Positions 17,086-24,812 of a stretch of 30,544 nt of DNA are shown piece by piece. The stretch lies in the NCBI GenBank assembly GCA_041649195.1, contig JBAZNO010000001.1:1-30544 (forward strand), read 5' to 3'. Both the position numbers and the translations under genes were made by a program. The notes under the pieces were generated by a model. The model did not search any database and was not told where the DNA came from. It worked only from the letters and a program-made list of their open reading frames with translations. The number at the start of each line of letters is the position of its first letter. The first letter of the stretch is position 1. This DNA comes from Minisyncoccota bacterium (lineage in GTDB: Bacteria > Patescibacteriota > Minisyncoccia > Phycocordibacterales > XYD1-FULL-46-19).

Positions 17086-17159
17086 TGGACCGCACCGGGC
17101 TCGAACCGGTTACCTCCCGCTTGCAAAGCGGGTGCTCTAGCCAGATGAGCTAGCGGCCC
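17086..17159 (-). tRNA. tRNA-Ala(TGC)
   Basis: Acceptor GGGCCGC/GCGGTCC with G3:U70, anticodon arm CCCGC-TTTGCAA-GCGGG, GGTTCGAG T-loop, discriminator A; CCA not encoded. Confidence 0.95.
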
Positions 17160-17165
17160 ATTATA

Positions 17166-17402
17166 TTAACAAATCTTGTCTTTCAAAAACCTTCTTCCCG
17201 CAGCGCTTTTAAAATAGAGCTCTCTTTTTCTCGCTTCAAATAAGGTGCCATAATTTTCAGTATACACAACTGAAAGCTCACCCATTTTGCTTGTGGTAAC
17301 AGTATGGCCAGAACGATGCTCTTTTAATCTTCGTTCGAGATTATTGGTCATCCCTTTATAAATTTTACCAGAAATATCTTTCAGGACATAAACGGTAAAC
17401 AT
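17166..17402 (-). CDS. Small GIY-YIG nuclease family protein (UPF0213-like, 78 aa)
   Basis: MFTVYVL...KIYKGMTNNLERRLKEH.SG...VYTE..GT..EARKRE.YFKS..GR; start reassigned to ATG 17402. Confidence 0.85.
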   Translation of the reverse strand: MFTVYVLKDISGKIYKGMTNNLERRLKEHRSGHTVTTSKMGELSVVYTENYGTLFEARKRELYFKSAAGRRFLKDKIC

Positions 17403-17424
17403 ATATATTGGTGAGCAAATAGTA

Positions 17425-18387
17425 CTATTTTTTGAACAAATCTTCAATAATGTCCTCAAGCGGGGTGGCCAAGATATCAATATCTAGAACGGGCACATGG
17501 CTGGTGACGGTTGAGATCAATTTGGGCATTTGGGCCGTTTTAACTTTGTAAGTAGCGCAATCTTCGCTGGTCTCAATCAATTCGCTATGGGGCACTTTGG
17601 GTAATTCGGCCGGGGTTATTTCAAAATAGAATTTAACTAATTTCTCCTCATTGTGTTCGTCAACCAAATTTTCGACGGTGCCATCATAAATTTTTTCACC
17701 TTTATTAATCACAATCACGCGGTCGCAAACTTTCTCGACATCAGTCATATCATGGCTCGTTAGGATAATGGTGACTTTGTAACGATCTTGAATTTCGCGC
17801 AAAAAGTGGCGGATCTTCTTTTTGGCGACAATGTCTAGCCCAATCGTTGGTTCATCAAGAAAAAGAATTTGCGGATTATGAATAATTGATCCAATTAATT
17901 CTAATTTCATTCGCTCGCCAAGCGAAAGCTTGCGCACGGGCACATCTAACACGTGGGTAACGGCCATTAGCTCGGCCAATTCTTTGACTCTGATCTCGCA
18001 TTGTTTAGGGTCAAGGCCATAAATTTCGCGCAAAAGGTAAAAACTTTGCTTGGCCGTAAGATCCCAATTGAGGCCTGCCTTATTGCCCATGAGGAGCCCA
18101 ATTTGCCGTAGGAACTCGGGTTTGCGGTCAAAGGGGAAGAAGCCAAGGACGCTAATGTCGCCTCTCGTAGGGTAAATTAGGCCGGTCAGGGCCTTAATGG
18201 TGGTCGTTTTACCGGCGCCATTGGGCCCTAATAGGGCAAGGCTTTCCCCACTCTTAACCTCAAAGGACACCTCTTTAACGGCCGAAACCGTGCGATGGTC
18301 TGGGCGCCAAATGCCCGTAAAGATATTTTTGTTTTGTCTGATCTTAAAATCTTTACCTAAATTTTTAACGGAAATAATGTTTTTCAT
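17425..18387 (-). CDS. ABC-2 exporter ATP-binding protein (DrrA-like)
   Basis: [34 protein letters not shown]. Confidence 0.9.
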   Translation of the reverse strand: MKNIISVKNLGKDFKIRQNKNIFTGIWRPDHRTVSAVKEVSFEVKSGESLALLGPNGAGKTTTIKALTGLIYPTRGDISVLGFFPFDRKPEFLRQIGLLMGNKAGLNWDLTAKQSFYLLREIYGLDPKQCEIRVKELAELMAVTHVLDVPVRKLSLGERMKLELIGSIIHNPQILFLDEPTIGLDIVAKKKIRHFLREIQDRYKVTIILTSHDMTDVEKVCDRVIVINKGEKIYDGTVENLVDEHNEEKLVKFYFEITPAELPKVPHSELIETSEDCATYKVKTAQMPKLISTVTSHVPVLDIDILATPLEDIIEDLFKK

Positions 18388-18399
18388 CTTATTTTTATA

Positions 18400-19212
18400 T
18401 TATGAGGCCGAAGTGTAATTTTTCAAAGCGAGATCCCAAAGTTTTTTCTTGATCATAAGGAGCATGAGGGTGATGAAAAAAGTAAAGGGCAGGAGGTACA
18501 AGGCGCTAGCCTTACCTAGCATAATCGAAACGGGGATTGAAGACAGTAAAAGAGTTGGCACAAAAAAGGAGAGAGAAAATTGAAAGAAGGGGGTATAACC
18601 CTCCCAGGGGATTTGATTATTGTCACGCAAATTATAATTTAAGGAATAAATTTGTTTGGCCTCCCCCGTCCAAAAGGCCGGTAGCACTAATAAGAAATTA
18701 AAACTTTCCCAGGCAATTTGACCAAAAACAAAAACAATCAAGCCTAGGATAAAGTTTATTAAACTGACGTGAATATTTGACCAATCAATAAGAAAAAAGA
18801 TAATAATGATGTTGGGCAGGCCATCCCGAGCAACACTCAAGAGCGGGATTTTGCGAAAAGTGACATACCACAAGGAGGGAACCGGCAAGACGAGGAGGAA
18901 ATCGAGTGACCCGCGATTAATATCTTTGATCAAAGTCTGATTGTTCATTTCGCTTATCCCCCACAAAAGGTAAAAGCCAAATTGCCCGATAAATAAGAGA
19001 AAATACATCTCGTTTTTATCATAGCCGGCAAAGGTATTAACGCGCGAATAAATCACATTGATAAATAAAATCTGAACGGTGACATAAATGATAGTGGAAA
19101 TCATGTTTCCCCAATTATTGCCAAAATACGCCGTTTCGGTTTGAAAGGTGTTAATGAGATTAGCGCGCAAAATTCGCCAATAGATTTTTAGTTTAGACCC
19201 CCACCCCTTCAT
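18400..19212 (-). CDS. ABC-2 family permease (DUF990-like)
   Basis: About 6 TMs; I..GSLDFLLVLPV motif; exact start uncertain. Confidence 0.8.
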   Translation of the reverse strand: MKGWGSKLKIYWRILRANLINTFQTETAYFGNNWGNMISTIIYVTVQILFINVIYSRVNTFAGYDKNEMYFLLFIGQFGFYLLWGISEMNNQTLIKDINRGSLDFLLVLPVPSLWYVTFRKIPLLSVARDGLPNIIIIFFLIDWSNIHVSLINFILGLIVFVFGQIAWESFNFLLVLPAFWTGEAKQIYSLNYNLRDNNQIPWEGYTPFFQFSLSFFVPTLLLSSIPVSIMLGKASALYLLPFTFFITLMLLMIKKKLWDLALKNYTSAS

Positions 19213-19975
19213 AAGTTTTTACTGAGCGTCGCCAAAAGTAACGCGTTATAAAAATTAAAATAATCGACCAAAAGAGAGCGGGCAAAAATAATTGGAGCAA
19301 TTCAGCTACCCCCAATTGATTTTGGAGCACATAGGCGGGCGAAAAAATCAGCGCCGGGAAAGGTAATAATAATAAAATTTCTTTGATCCCGGTTGGGAAG
19401 AGGTTAATGGGGATAAGGGAGCCAGATAATATTTTGTTGACGTGATTAAAAGCGTTACGAAAACCGTTGGCTTCGGGCGAATAAAAACTTAAGAGGCCAA
19501 CAATCACGTTGAAACAAAGGGAGATGATTAAGGCAAAAATAATGAAGATAAGAAAGGCCAAAACATTAAACCAAGTCATTGGTGGTAAGATCACGAGACC
19601 GATAATTAGCGTGGCTAAAGCGTAAAACATCCCCAGTCCGGTTTCGCCGGCATAAGAAAAAAAGAGGTAGGGTACCGTTTTGATTGGTTTAATAAAATGA
19701 TTATTAATCTCTCCCCTATTTACCAATTGTTGGATATAACGGCCAAACTTAGTATCTTGACCATAAGTGACCTCTCTCACTGCCGCCGCAATAAAAAAGT
19801 AGGCGATCAAAGGGCGAAAGTCGATGCCCCCACTCGAACTCATAGCAATGGCATACCAAAACAAAGCCAAAAAACCGAGGGCAATAAAACGCCCCGCAAA
19901 AAAGGCAATTATTTCAAAAGGATAAGCCAAGATCTTAAGCCAATTGAACTTAATGACCGACAAATATAATTTCAT
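19193..19975 (-). CDS. ABC-2 family permease (DUF990-like)
   Basis: About 6 TMs; V..GEI...FIKPI, LSGSLIP..LFP. Start reassigned to ATG 19975 because the longer ORF runs through a tRNA gene. Confidence 0.8.
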   Translation of the reverse strand: MKLYLSVIKFNWLKILAYPFEIIAFFAGRFIALGFLALFWYAIAMSSSGGIDFRPLIAYFFIAAAVREVTYGQDTKFGRYIQQLVNRGEINNHFIKPIKTVPYLFFSYAGETGLGMFYALATLIIGLVILPPMTWFNVLAFLIFIIFALIISLCFNVIVGLLSFYSPEANGFRNAFNHVNKILSGSLIPINLFPTGIKEILLLLPFPALIFSPAYVLQNQLGVAELLQLFLPALFWSIILIFITRYFWRRSVKTYEGVGV

Positions 19976-19980
19976 TCGAG

Positions 19981-20053
19981 TGGACCATAGCGGGATCGAA
20001 CCGCTTACCTCTTCCATGCCATGGAAGCGCTCTACCAAGTGAGCTAATGGCCC
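19981..20053 (-). tRNA. tRNA-Ala(GGC)
   Basis: Acceptor GGGCCAT/ATGGTCC with G3:U70, anticodon arm CTTCC-ATGGCAT-GGAAG, GGTTCGAT T-loop; CCA not encoded. Confidence 0.95.
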
Positions 20054-20072
20054 TAACGCTTGCCAATATAAC

Positions 20073-20103
20073 AAAAAAGGCCCTGTTTGAAAAGGCCTTT
20101 TTT
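20073..20103. terminator. Terminator hairpin after the surface protein gene
   Basis: AAAAAAGGCC...GGCCTTTTTT, with T-runs on both strands. Confidence 0.7.
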
Positions 20104-20118
20104 GTGACTAATTAGTTT

Positions 20119-21603
20119 TTACCAGAATTTCCAAAAGGGTTTCTTGGCGGTGGTTGTTGCGGTTTGGTCAGTAGAAGTCGCAGCGGTATCAGAAGCTTCT
20201 ACTAAGGGAGTAGCCGTAACGGTTAAGGTCCCAGCACCTTCGCCATCGGCGACAACGGCGGCAAATCCAGGATGCTTAAGCTCGTAAATTCTCCCGCGCA
20301 AGCCATTTAATTTTTTCTTTAATTGTTTTAATTTGTTATATTTAGCCAATTCGATAGGGTTTATCAGAGCCGTGGTTGAAGTACCAAGAACTCTTCCTCC
20401 GCCAATTGGGCCATTTGGTCCCCAGCCAGGGGCAAAGCCGCCACTGTGCCCACCCGTTGAATAGACCGAGCTAACAATAACCGTTCTCGTTACCGGTGTG
20501 GCCACATTACCCAAGCTGTCGGTAACATTATAGGTTAAAGTGTAAGTGCCAATAATGGACGTGTTAACTGTGCCAGAGATAATAATGCTGGCAGTGATAT
20601 CGCCAAATACATCGTCTAGAGCCGTCGCACCGGCTTCAGTATAAGTTTCGCCGACAGTTAAATTAATCGTTGAATTTCCGAGTAAGGTCAAAACTGGAGC
20701 AGTGCCATCAACAGTAACCGCTTGATCAGCACTTTGCGAATGTAAGAAATTATCATAAGCCTGAACAATAATCTTGGTAAGGGTCAAATCTGAAGTATCA
20801 ACTCCGCTTAAAACACAGTTGCCAACAGAGGGGACAATAATATCTGGCCAATAATTAACCGTTCCATTGTCATAGCCAAAATTACAATCTCTAACCCCCG
20901 TTCCCTCGTCGCTAACAGAAACACTCAATTCCGAAGAGGTAGAGATGTAAGTTGTCCCTCCGACAACAAAACTAGGGGTAATTGTTATTGCTCCGACAAT
21001 GGGAACATCGTTATCCACAATAATCGTTTTGCTTGTGTCGGTTGCATTACCGCCAGCGTCAGAATAAACGACTTGAACAGTGTAAGTTCCATCAGGAACA
21101 AAATTGTCAAACTCATCTTTGCCATACCAAATTTTTGGAGTTGGGTGGGTAACACTCGCCCAATTATAAATATTTTTTACCAAAACACTATTCGAGTCTA
21201 AAATATTTAAACTAGCCGTAACCGCGCCGGAAAAATCTAAATCAATACTCGAAGTCGTAGCCAAAACACCAAAAGTATCTTCTGGAGCAATAATTATGTT
21301 ATCAATAGTATAAACATCAAGCGTTGCCGTTGGCGAAGGTGGAGGCAAGGGGGGAATAATCATTGGCCCCATCATTAGCATGGGTGAACCCCCGGAAATT
21401 TCGGGGTCAGTCGTCGTAGCCGGATCGCTCGGAGGCAAAACTGGGTCGGTAGTTGTGGCCGGATCAGCCGGCGGGGTAACTGGATCAATAATTACTGGAT
21501 CTACCAAAGGAGTTGAGCTAGCTTCATCCTCGGCAAAAACCATAATCGACGGGCTGATAATTAAAGCTAAAACAAAGAGAAAAACTAGGAGTCTTTTATT
21601 CAT
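20119..21603 (-). CDS. Secreted/surface protein: Pro/Thr-rich linker, FlgD-Ig-like and DUF5011/HYR-like Ig modules
   Basis: Signal peptide; DPATTTDP twice; WYGKD..DNFVPDGTY (FlgD-Ig-like); APVLTLLG....L.VG.TY.E.GATA.D...GD, G.Y.LTY.V.DS.GN (DUF5011-like); C-terminal KKPFWKFW. Confidence 0.75.
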   Translation of the reverse strand: MNKRLLVFLFVLALIISPSIMVFAEDEASSTPLVDPVIIDPVTPPADPATTTDPVLPPSDPATTTDPEISGGSPMLMMGPMIIPPLPPPSPTATLDVYTIDNIIIAPEDTFGVLATTSSIDLDFSGAVTASLNILDSNSVLVKNIYNWASVTHPTPKIWYGKDEFDNFVPDGTYTVQVVYSDAGGNATDTSKTIIVDNDVPIVGAITITPSFVVGGTTYISTSSELSVSVSDEGTGVRDCNFGYDNGTVNYWPDIIVPSVGNCVLSGVDTSDLTLTKIIVQAYDNFLHSQSADQAVTVDGTAPVLTLLGNSTINLTVGETYTEAGATALDDVFGDITASIIISGTVNTSIIGTYTLTYNVTDSLGNVATPVTRTVIVSSVYSTGGHSGGFAPGWGPNGPIGGGRVLGTSTTALINPIELAKYNKLKQLKKKLNGLRGRIYELKHPGFAAVVADGEGAGTLTVTATPLVEASDTAATSTDQTATTTAKKPFWKFW

Positions 21604-21726
21604 AAATAAAAATAGAGCTGATAATATGCCTAATTACTGGCAAAATAACGCAGTTGGAGCCAAAATCAAAGCCTAGTAATCTGTGGATAATTCTGCTAAG
21701 ATTAGGAGTGGAAGGAGGGTATCTGA

Positions 21727-22266
21727 ATGAAGTCAAAATTCAGCCCCAGACAGAGAAAGTTCCTAAGAACTTGGTTTATTAACTGGATGGCCATCAATGC
21801 TGGTGGTCTCGTTCGGTTAGCGATTGGCGCGCCGATTGAATGGTTCCTCGGTTTCCCCGCCTTAGGGATAGCGAGCTTCAGACTCTTTAGCTGGCTAATC
21901 CTCGATTCGACCTTGGCCTTGCCGGCAGCCCTGATTAGAGAGGGGGTTTATGACCTAAAATTCGTTGACAAGGAAAGTTCTTGGCAATGGATAATCATCG
22001 ACACCACCATCTTAACGGCTTACAAGGGATTGTCCTATGCCTTGTGCCTATTGCCGGTGTGGTTGTGGATGGGGTTGCCGGGAACAACGTTTTTGGGCCT
22101 ACTGACCGTCAATCTTGGCCTTTTTCTCACGACAGGAGCCGTCAACTACTATTACGTTGACGTCCTCGACAAGAACTGGCTAGATTTGACTGAAAGACTC
22201 TTAGGCTGGACAAAAGAATCTAAGAGAAAAATGGTCAAAAAAATGCCCCGAAAAAAAAGAGAGTAA
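21727..22266 (+). CDS. AlaE-like (L-alanine exporter family) membrane protein
   Basis: The pattern IE.FL.G...RL...A.P...R...S.W...D...Y...G...N...GAV..Y..D matches, by eye, E. coli AlaE/YgaW as recalled; SD AAGGAGG. Confidence 0.55.
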   Translation: MKSKFSPRQRKFLRTWFINWMAINAGGLVRLAIGAPIEWFLGFPALGIASFRLFSWLILDSTLALPAALIREGVYDLKFVDKESSWQWIIIDTTILTAYKGLSYALCLLPVWLWMGLPGTTFLGLLTVNLGLFLTTGAVNYYYVDVLDKNWLDLTERLLGWTKESKRKMVKKMPRKKRE

Positions 22267-22280
22267 TTTATCTTTCCCTC

Positions 22281-22308
22281 CCCCGATGACGGCTTGCCGT
22301 CATCGGGG
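22281..22308. terminator. Hairpin between the convergent AlaE-like gene and ddl
   Basis: Perfect 12-bp stem CCCCGATGACGG-CTTG-CCGTCATCGGGG. Confidence 0.75.
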
Positions 22309-22327
22309 ATTGTCATTTTTAATAATT

Positions 22328-23329
22328 TTATTTTTTATTTAACGCCAGGGTGATCACGTGATCAAGAAATTGGTCGTAAGGGATACCGGCGGCTCGCAAA
22401 GATTTAGGGATTAGCGACTCTTCAGTCATCCCGGGCAAAGTATTAACCTCGAGCGCATAAATCCCCCGTGGTGAAATGATAAAATCTGACCGTGAGTAAT
22501 GACGCAGGCCAAGCACCTTATGAATTTCGGCGGCCAGCCGCTCTAATTCGGCCTTTTCTTCTTTAGTAAAACGCCCGGGACAAATTTCGGACGTAATGCC
22601 GGTATATTTGGCCTCATAATCAAAAAGGTTTTTGTCGGACGGAGTGACGATCTCGATCGGCAACAACGAGTAATGATTTTTCCCGCGCATGCCATCAACC
22701 ACGCCACAGGTGGCCTCTTTGCCCTTAATATATTCTTCAACTAAAACGGCATCGCTAAAATTAAAACAGCTCTCAACGGCCTGCACGAGTTCGGGAAAAG
22801 TTTTTGCTAAATAAAGGCCAACCGACGAACCGCTCCCGGCCGGCTTAACAATCCAAGGGGGAGAAATTTGACGAAAAACATCATGAGCAATGGCCTCAGC
22901 GTCAGCTTGTCCTGAGTCTTGTCGAAGGGTTTGATAATCTCTTTTGACCACCACTCCGTTCGGCACCTTAATCCCCGCTTTTTTAAAAACCTCTTTGGCC
23001 CGTGGCTTGTCCATCCCGAGCGCCGAGGCTACCATCCCCGAGCCAGTATAGGGCACCGCGAGATAATCTAGCAGTTGTTGCACTTGTCCATCCTCGCCAA
23101 ATTCGCCATGCAAAGCATTAAAAATGACGTCAACGCTCCGAACCGCTCGTTCGGGTGACATCGGCGCGCCATTAACATGCCAGGTGCCATCACGCGACAA
23201 AAGCATATCCACTGGTTGATATTTATCACTCGGCAGATTTTTGATTACACTGGCGCCAGTTTTAAGCGACACTTCATATTCGTGCCCAATTCCACCACGT
23301 AAAATACCGACTTTAATTAATGACGACAT
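22328..23329 (-). CDS. ddl: D-alanine--D-alanine ligase
   Basis: GG...E.EVSL.TG, FNALHGEFGEDG, PYTGSG, MDK, VKP..SGSSVG, FDYEAKY, SRSDF, LEVNTLPGMT..S. Confidence 0.95.
   Translation of the reverse strand: MSSLIKVGILRGGIGHEYEVSLKTGASVIKNLPSDKYQPVDMLLSRDGTWHVNGAPMSPERAVRSVDVIFNALHGEFGEDGQVQQLLDYLAVPYTGSGMVASALGMDKPRAKEVFKKAGIKVPNGVVVKRDYQTLRQDSGQADAEAIAHDVFRQISPPWIVKPAGSGSSVGLYLAKTFPELVQAVESCFNFSDAVLVEEYIKGKEATCGVVDGMRGKNHYSLLPIEIVTPSDKNLFDYEAKYTGITSEICPGRFTKEEKAELERLAAEIHKVLGLRHYSRSDFIISPRGIYALEVNTLPGMTEESLIPKSLRAAGIPYDQFLDHVITLALNKK
22905..22929 (-). repeat. Family A mini-element in ddl
   Basis: Minus strand CCCTTCGACAAGACTCAGGACAAGC; peptide TLRQDSGQA. Confidence 0.75.
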
Positions 23330-23351
23330 CTACTTTTTACTTGCGACTAAA

Positions 23352-23723
23352 TTATTTGAGAATCTCTTTAATTTTGAGGACGACATCATCCAGGGTAAAG
23401 TTGGCCTTAACGAGAAAGTCGATCGCTCCAAGAGCGTGTGCCTTTTCAATATCTTCTTTTTGGCCAAGATTAGAGAAAACGATCACCGGGATATCTTTAG
23501 TCTTGGGATCCTCCTTAATTTTTTTCAAAACCTCAAAACCGTCAACTCCGGGCAAGAGCAGATCCAAGAAAATTAAATTTGGCATTTCTTTAGGAATGAG
23601 ATCAATCGCATTTTGCCCATCAACCGCTACTGCCACCTTAAAACCTTCGGTCTCTAACCTTTTCGCATTAAGCGAGCGTAAAAATTCATCGTCCTCAACA
23701 ATCAACACTTTTTTTGGTTCCAT
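23352..23723 (-). CDS. Single-domain response regulator (receiver)
   Basis: VLIVEDD, LIFLDLLLP (phospho-Asp), VFSN, FLVKA. Confidence 0.92.
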   Translation of the reverse strand: MEPKKVLIVEDDEFLRSLNAKRLETEGFKVAVAVDGQNAIDLIPKEMPNLIFLDLLLPGVDGFEVLKKIKEDPKTKDIPVIVFSNLGQKEDIEKAHALGAIDFLVKANFTLDDVVLKIKEILK

Positions 23724-23761
23724 ATGGTTATCCTTATTTAAATTATTAATTATTTACCCTA

Positions 23762-23812
23762 TTGAGTAAAAATTATTTCATAATTTTATGATGCTAAAGC
23801 ATCATTACTCAA
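23762..23812. other. Perfect branched (three-way junction) palindrome
   Basis: TTGAGTA | AAAATTAT-TTC-ATAATTTT | ATGATGCT-AA-AGCATCAT | TACTCAA. Confidence 0.75.
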
Positions 23813-23821
23813 CTGGGTGAA

Positions 23822-24805
23822 TTATACTTTTTTCTGGTGTAAAGGTAAAGTGAACGAAAAGGCTGTTCCCTGCCCAGGGTGATTTTCGAACCAAATCGCT
23901 CCACCATGCTTCTCAATAATGTCTCGAGCAATAAAAAGGCCTAGGCCCGAGCCGTCTGGCTCCGCTTTAATGGCATTAGAGGCGCGAAAGAACTTCTGAA
24001 ACATTTTGTCGGCTTCGCCAGCCGGGATCCCGATACCCGAGTCGGTTACCGTAATCTCTATCGCCCCCTCGGCGCTATTGAGACGTTCGTCAGAGATTTT
24101 GATTTCCACCTTGCCTCCTTCGGGTGTGTATTTAATGGCGTTATCAACCAGATTTTCGAGCACCATCCGGATTTTGTCGGCATCTAATTCAATCTGCGGG
24201 ACAGTCGTTTGGGGTCGAAGAAAAAGAAAATTAATTTTTTTGATCGTGGCCTGATTAGTAAATTCAAAAATAATATTGGAGACCAAATTAATCAAATCGG
24301 TTGGACGAAAAGTATAATCAGCTCGATCGGTATCAATCGAATCAACTTTAAGCAAATCGTTAACGATCGAGATTACCCGTTCGGTGCTAGTTAGGCCTTG
24401 GAATAGAAACTTTTTTTGCTCCTCATTTACTGTTCCCAATTGACCTTTAGCAGCCATGTCTAGTGTCCACTTAACGGCGGCCAGCGGAGTGCGTAATTGA
24501 TGAGTGGTCACCGAGACAAATTTTGACTTGGCCTCCTCCAAGGTTTGGAGTTTTTTGTTGGCCAAGGTTAAACCAAGCTCTTTAGAATAAAGTTCGCGAT
24601 TTTTTGCGGCAAGTTCGTTATTAACTTTTTGTAATTCTTGAATCTGTTGAGTTTTGAGATTGGCCTCATTAATTAAAATCTGCAAACGACTTTCGCGACT
24701 TTGCCAAAAACGGCCAAGGTAAAAAACAGCGACAAAAAACAATAGCAACAATACCCAAAAGCCCGGGTAATTAATAAAAGAAAAATCTAGGTAGGCGTCT
24801 AACAC
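23822..24805 (-). CDS. Sensor histidine kinase (TM, coiled coil, HisKA, HATPase)
   Basis: THQLRTPL, LENLVDNAIKYT, DSGIGI, F.KFFR, GSGLGL. Start proposed at GTG 24805, 6 nt after TATAAT. Confidence 0.9.
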   Translation of the reverse strand: MLDAYLDFSFINYPGFWVLLLLFFVAVFYLGRFWQSRESRLQILINEANLKTQQIQELQKVNNELAAKNRELYSKELGLTLANKKLQTLEEAKSKFVSVTTHQLRTPLAAVKWTLDMAAKGQLGTVNEEQKKFLFQGLTSTERVISIVNDLLKVDSIDTDRADYTFRPTDLINLVSNIIFEFTNQATIKKINFLFLRPQTTVPQIELDADKIRMVLENLVDNAIKYTPEGGKVEIKISDERLNSAEGAIEITVTDSGIGIPAGEADKMFQKFFRASNAIKAEPDGSGLGLFIARDIIEKHGGAIWFENHPGQGTAFSFTLPLHQKKV

Positions 24806-24812
24806 CCATTCA

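Noticed and set aside
19976-20074. N-terminal extension of the ABC-2 permease ORF
   Set aside because: It is the translation of the tRNA-Ala(GGC) gene.
22328-24805. Van-type glycopeptide resistance locus (ligase plus two-component pair)
   Set aside because: The ligase has the YEAKY loop typical of D-Ala-D-Ala ligases, the regulator has no DNA-binding domain, and no vanH/vanX-like genes are present.
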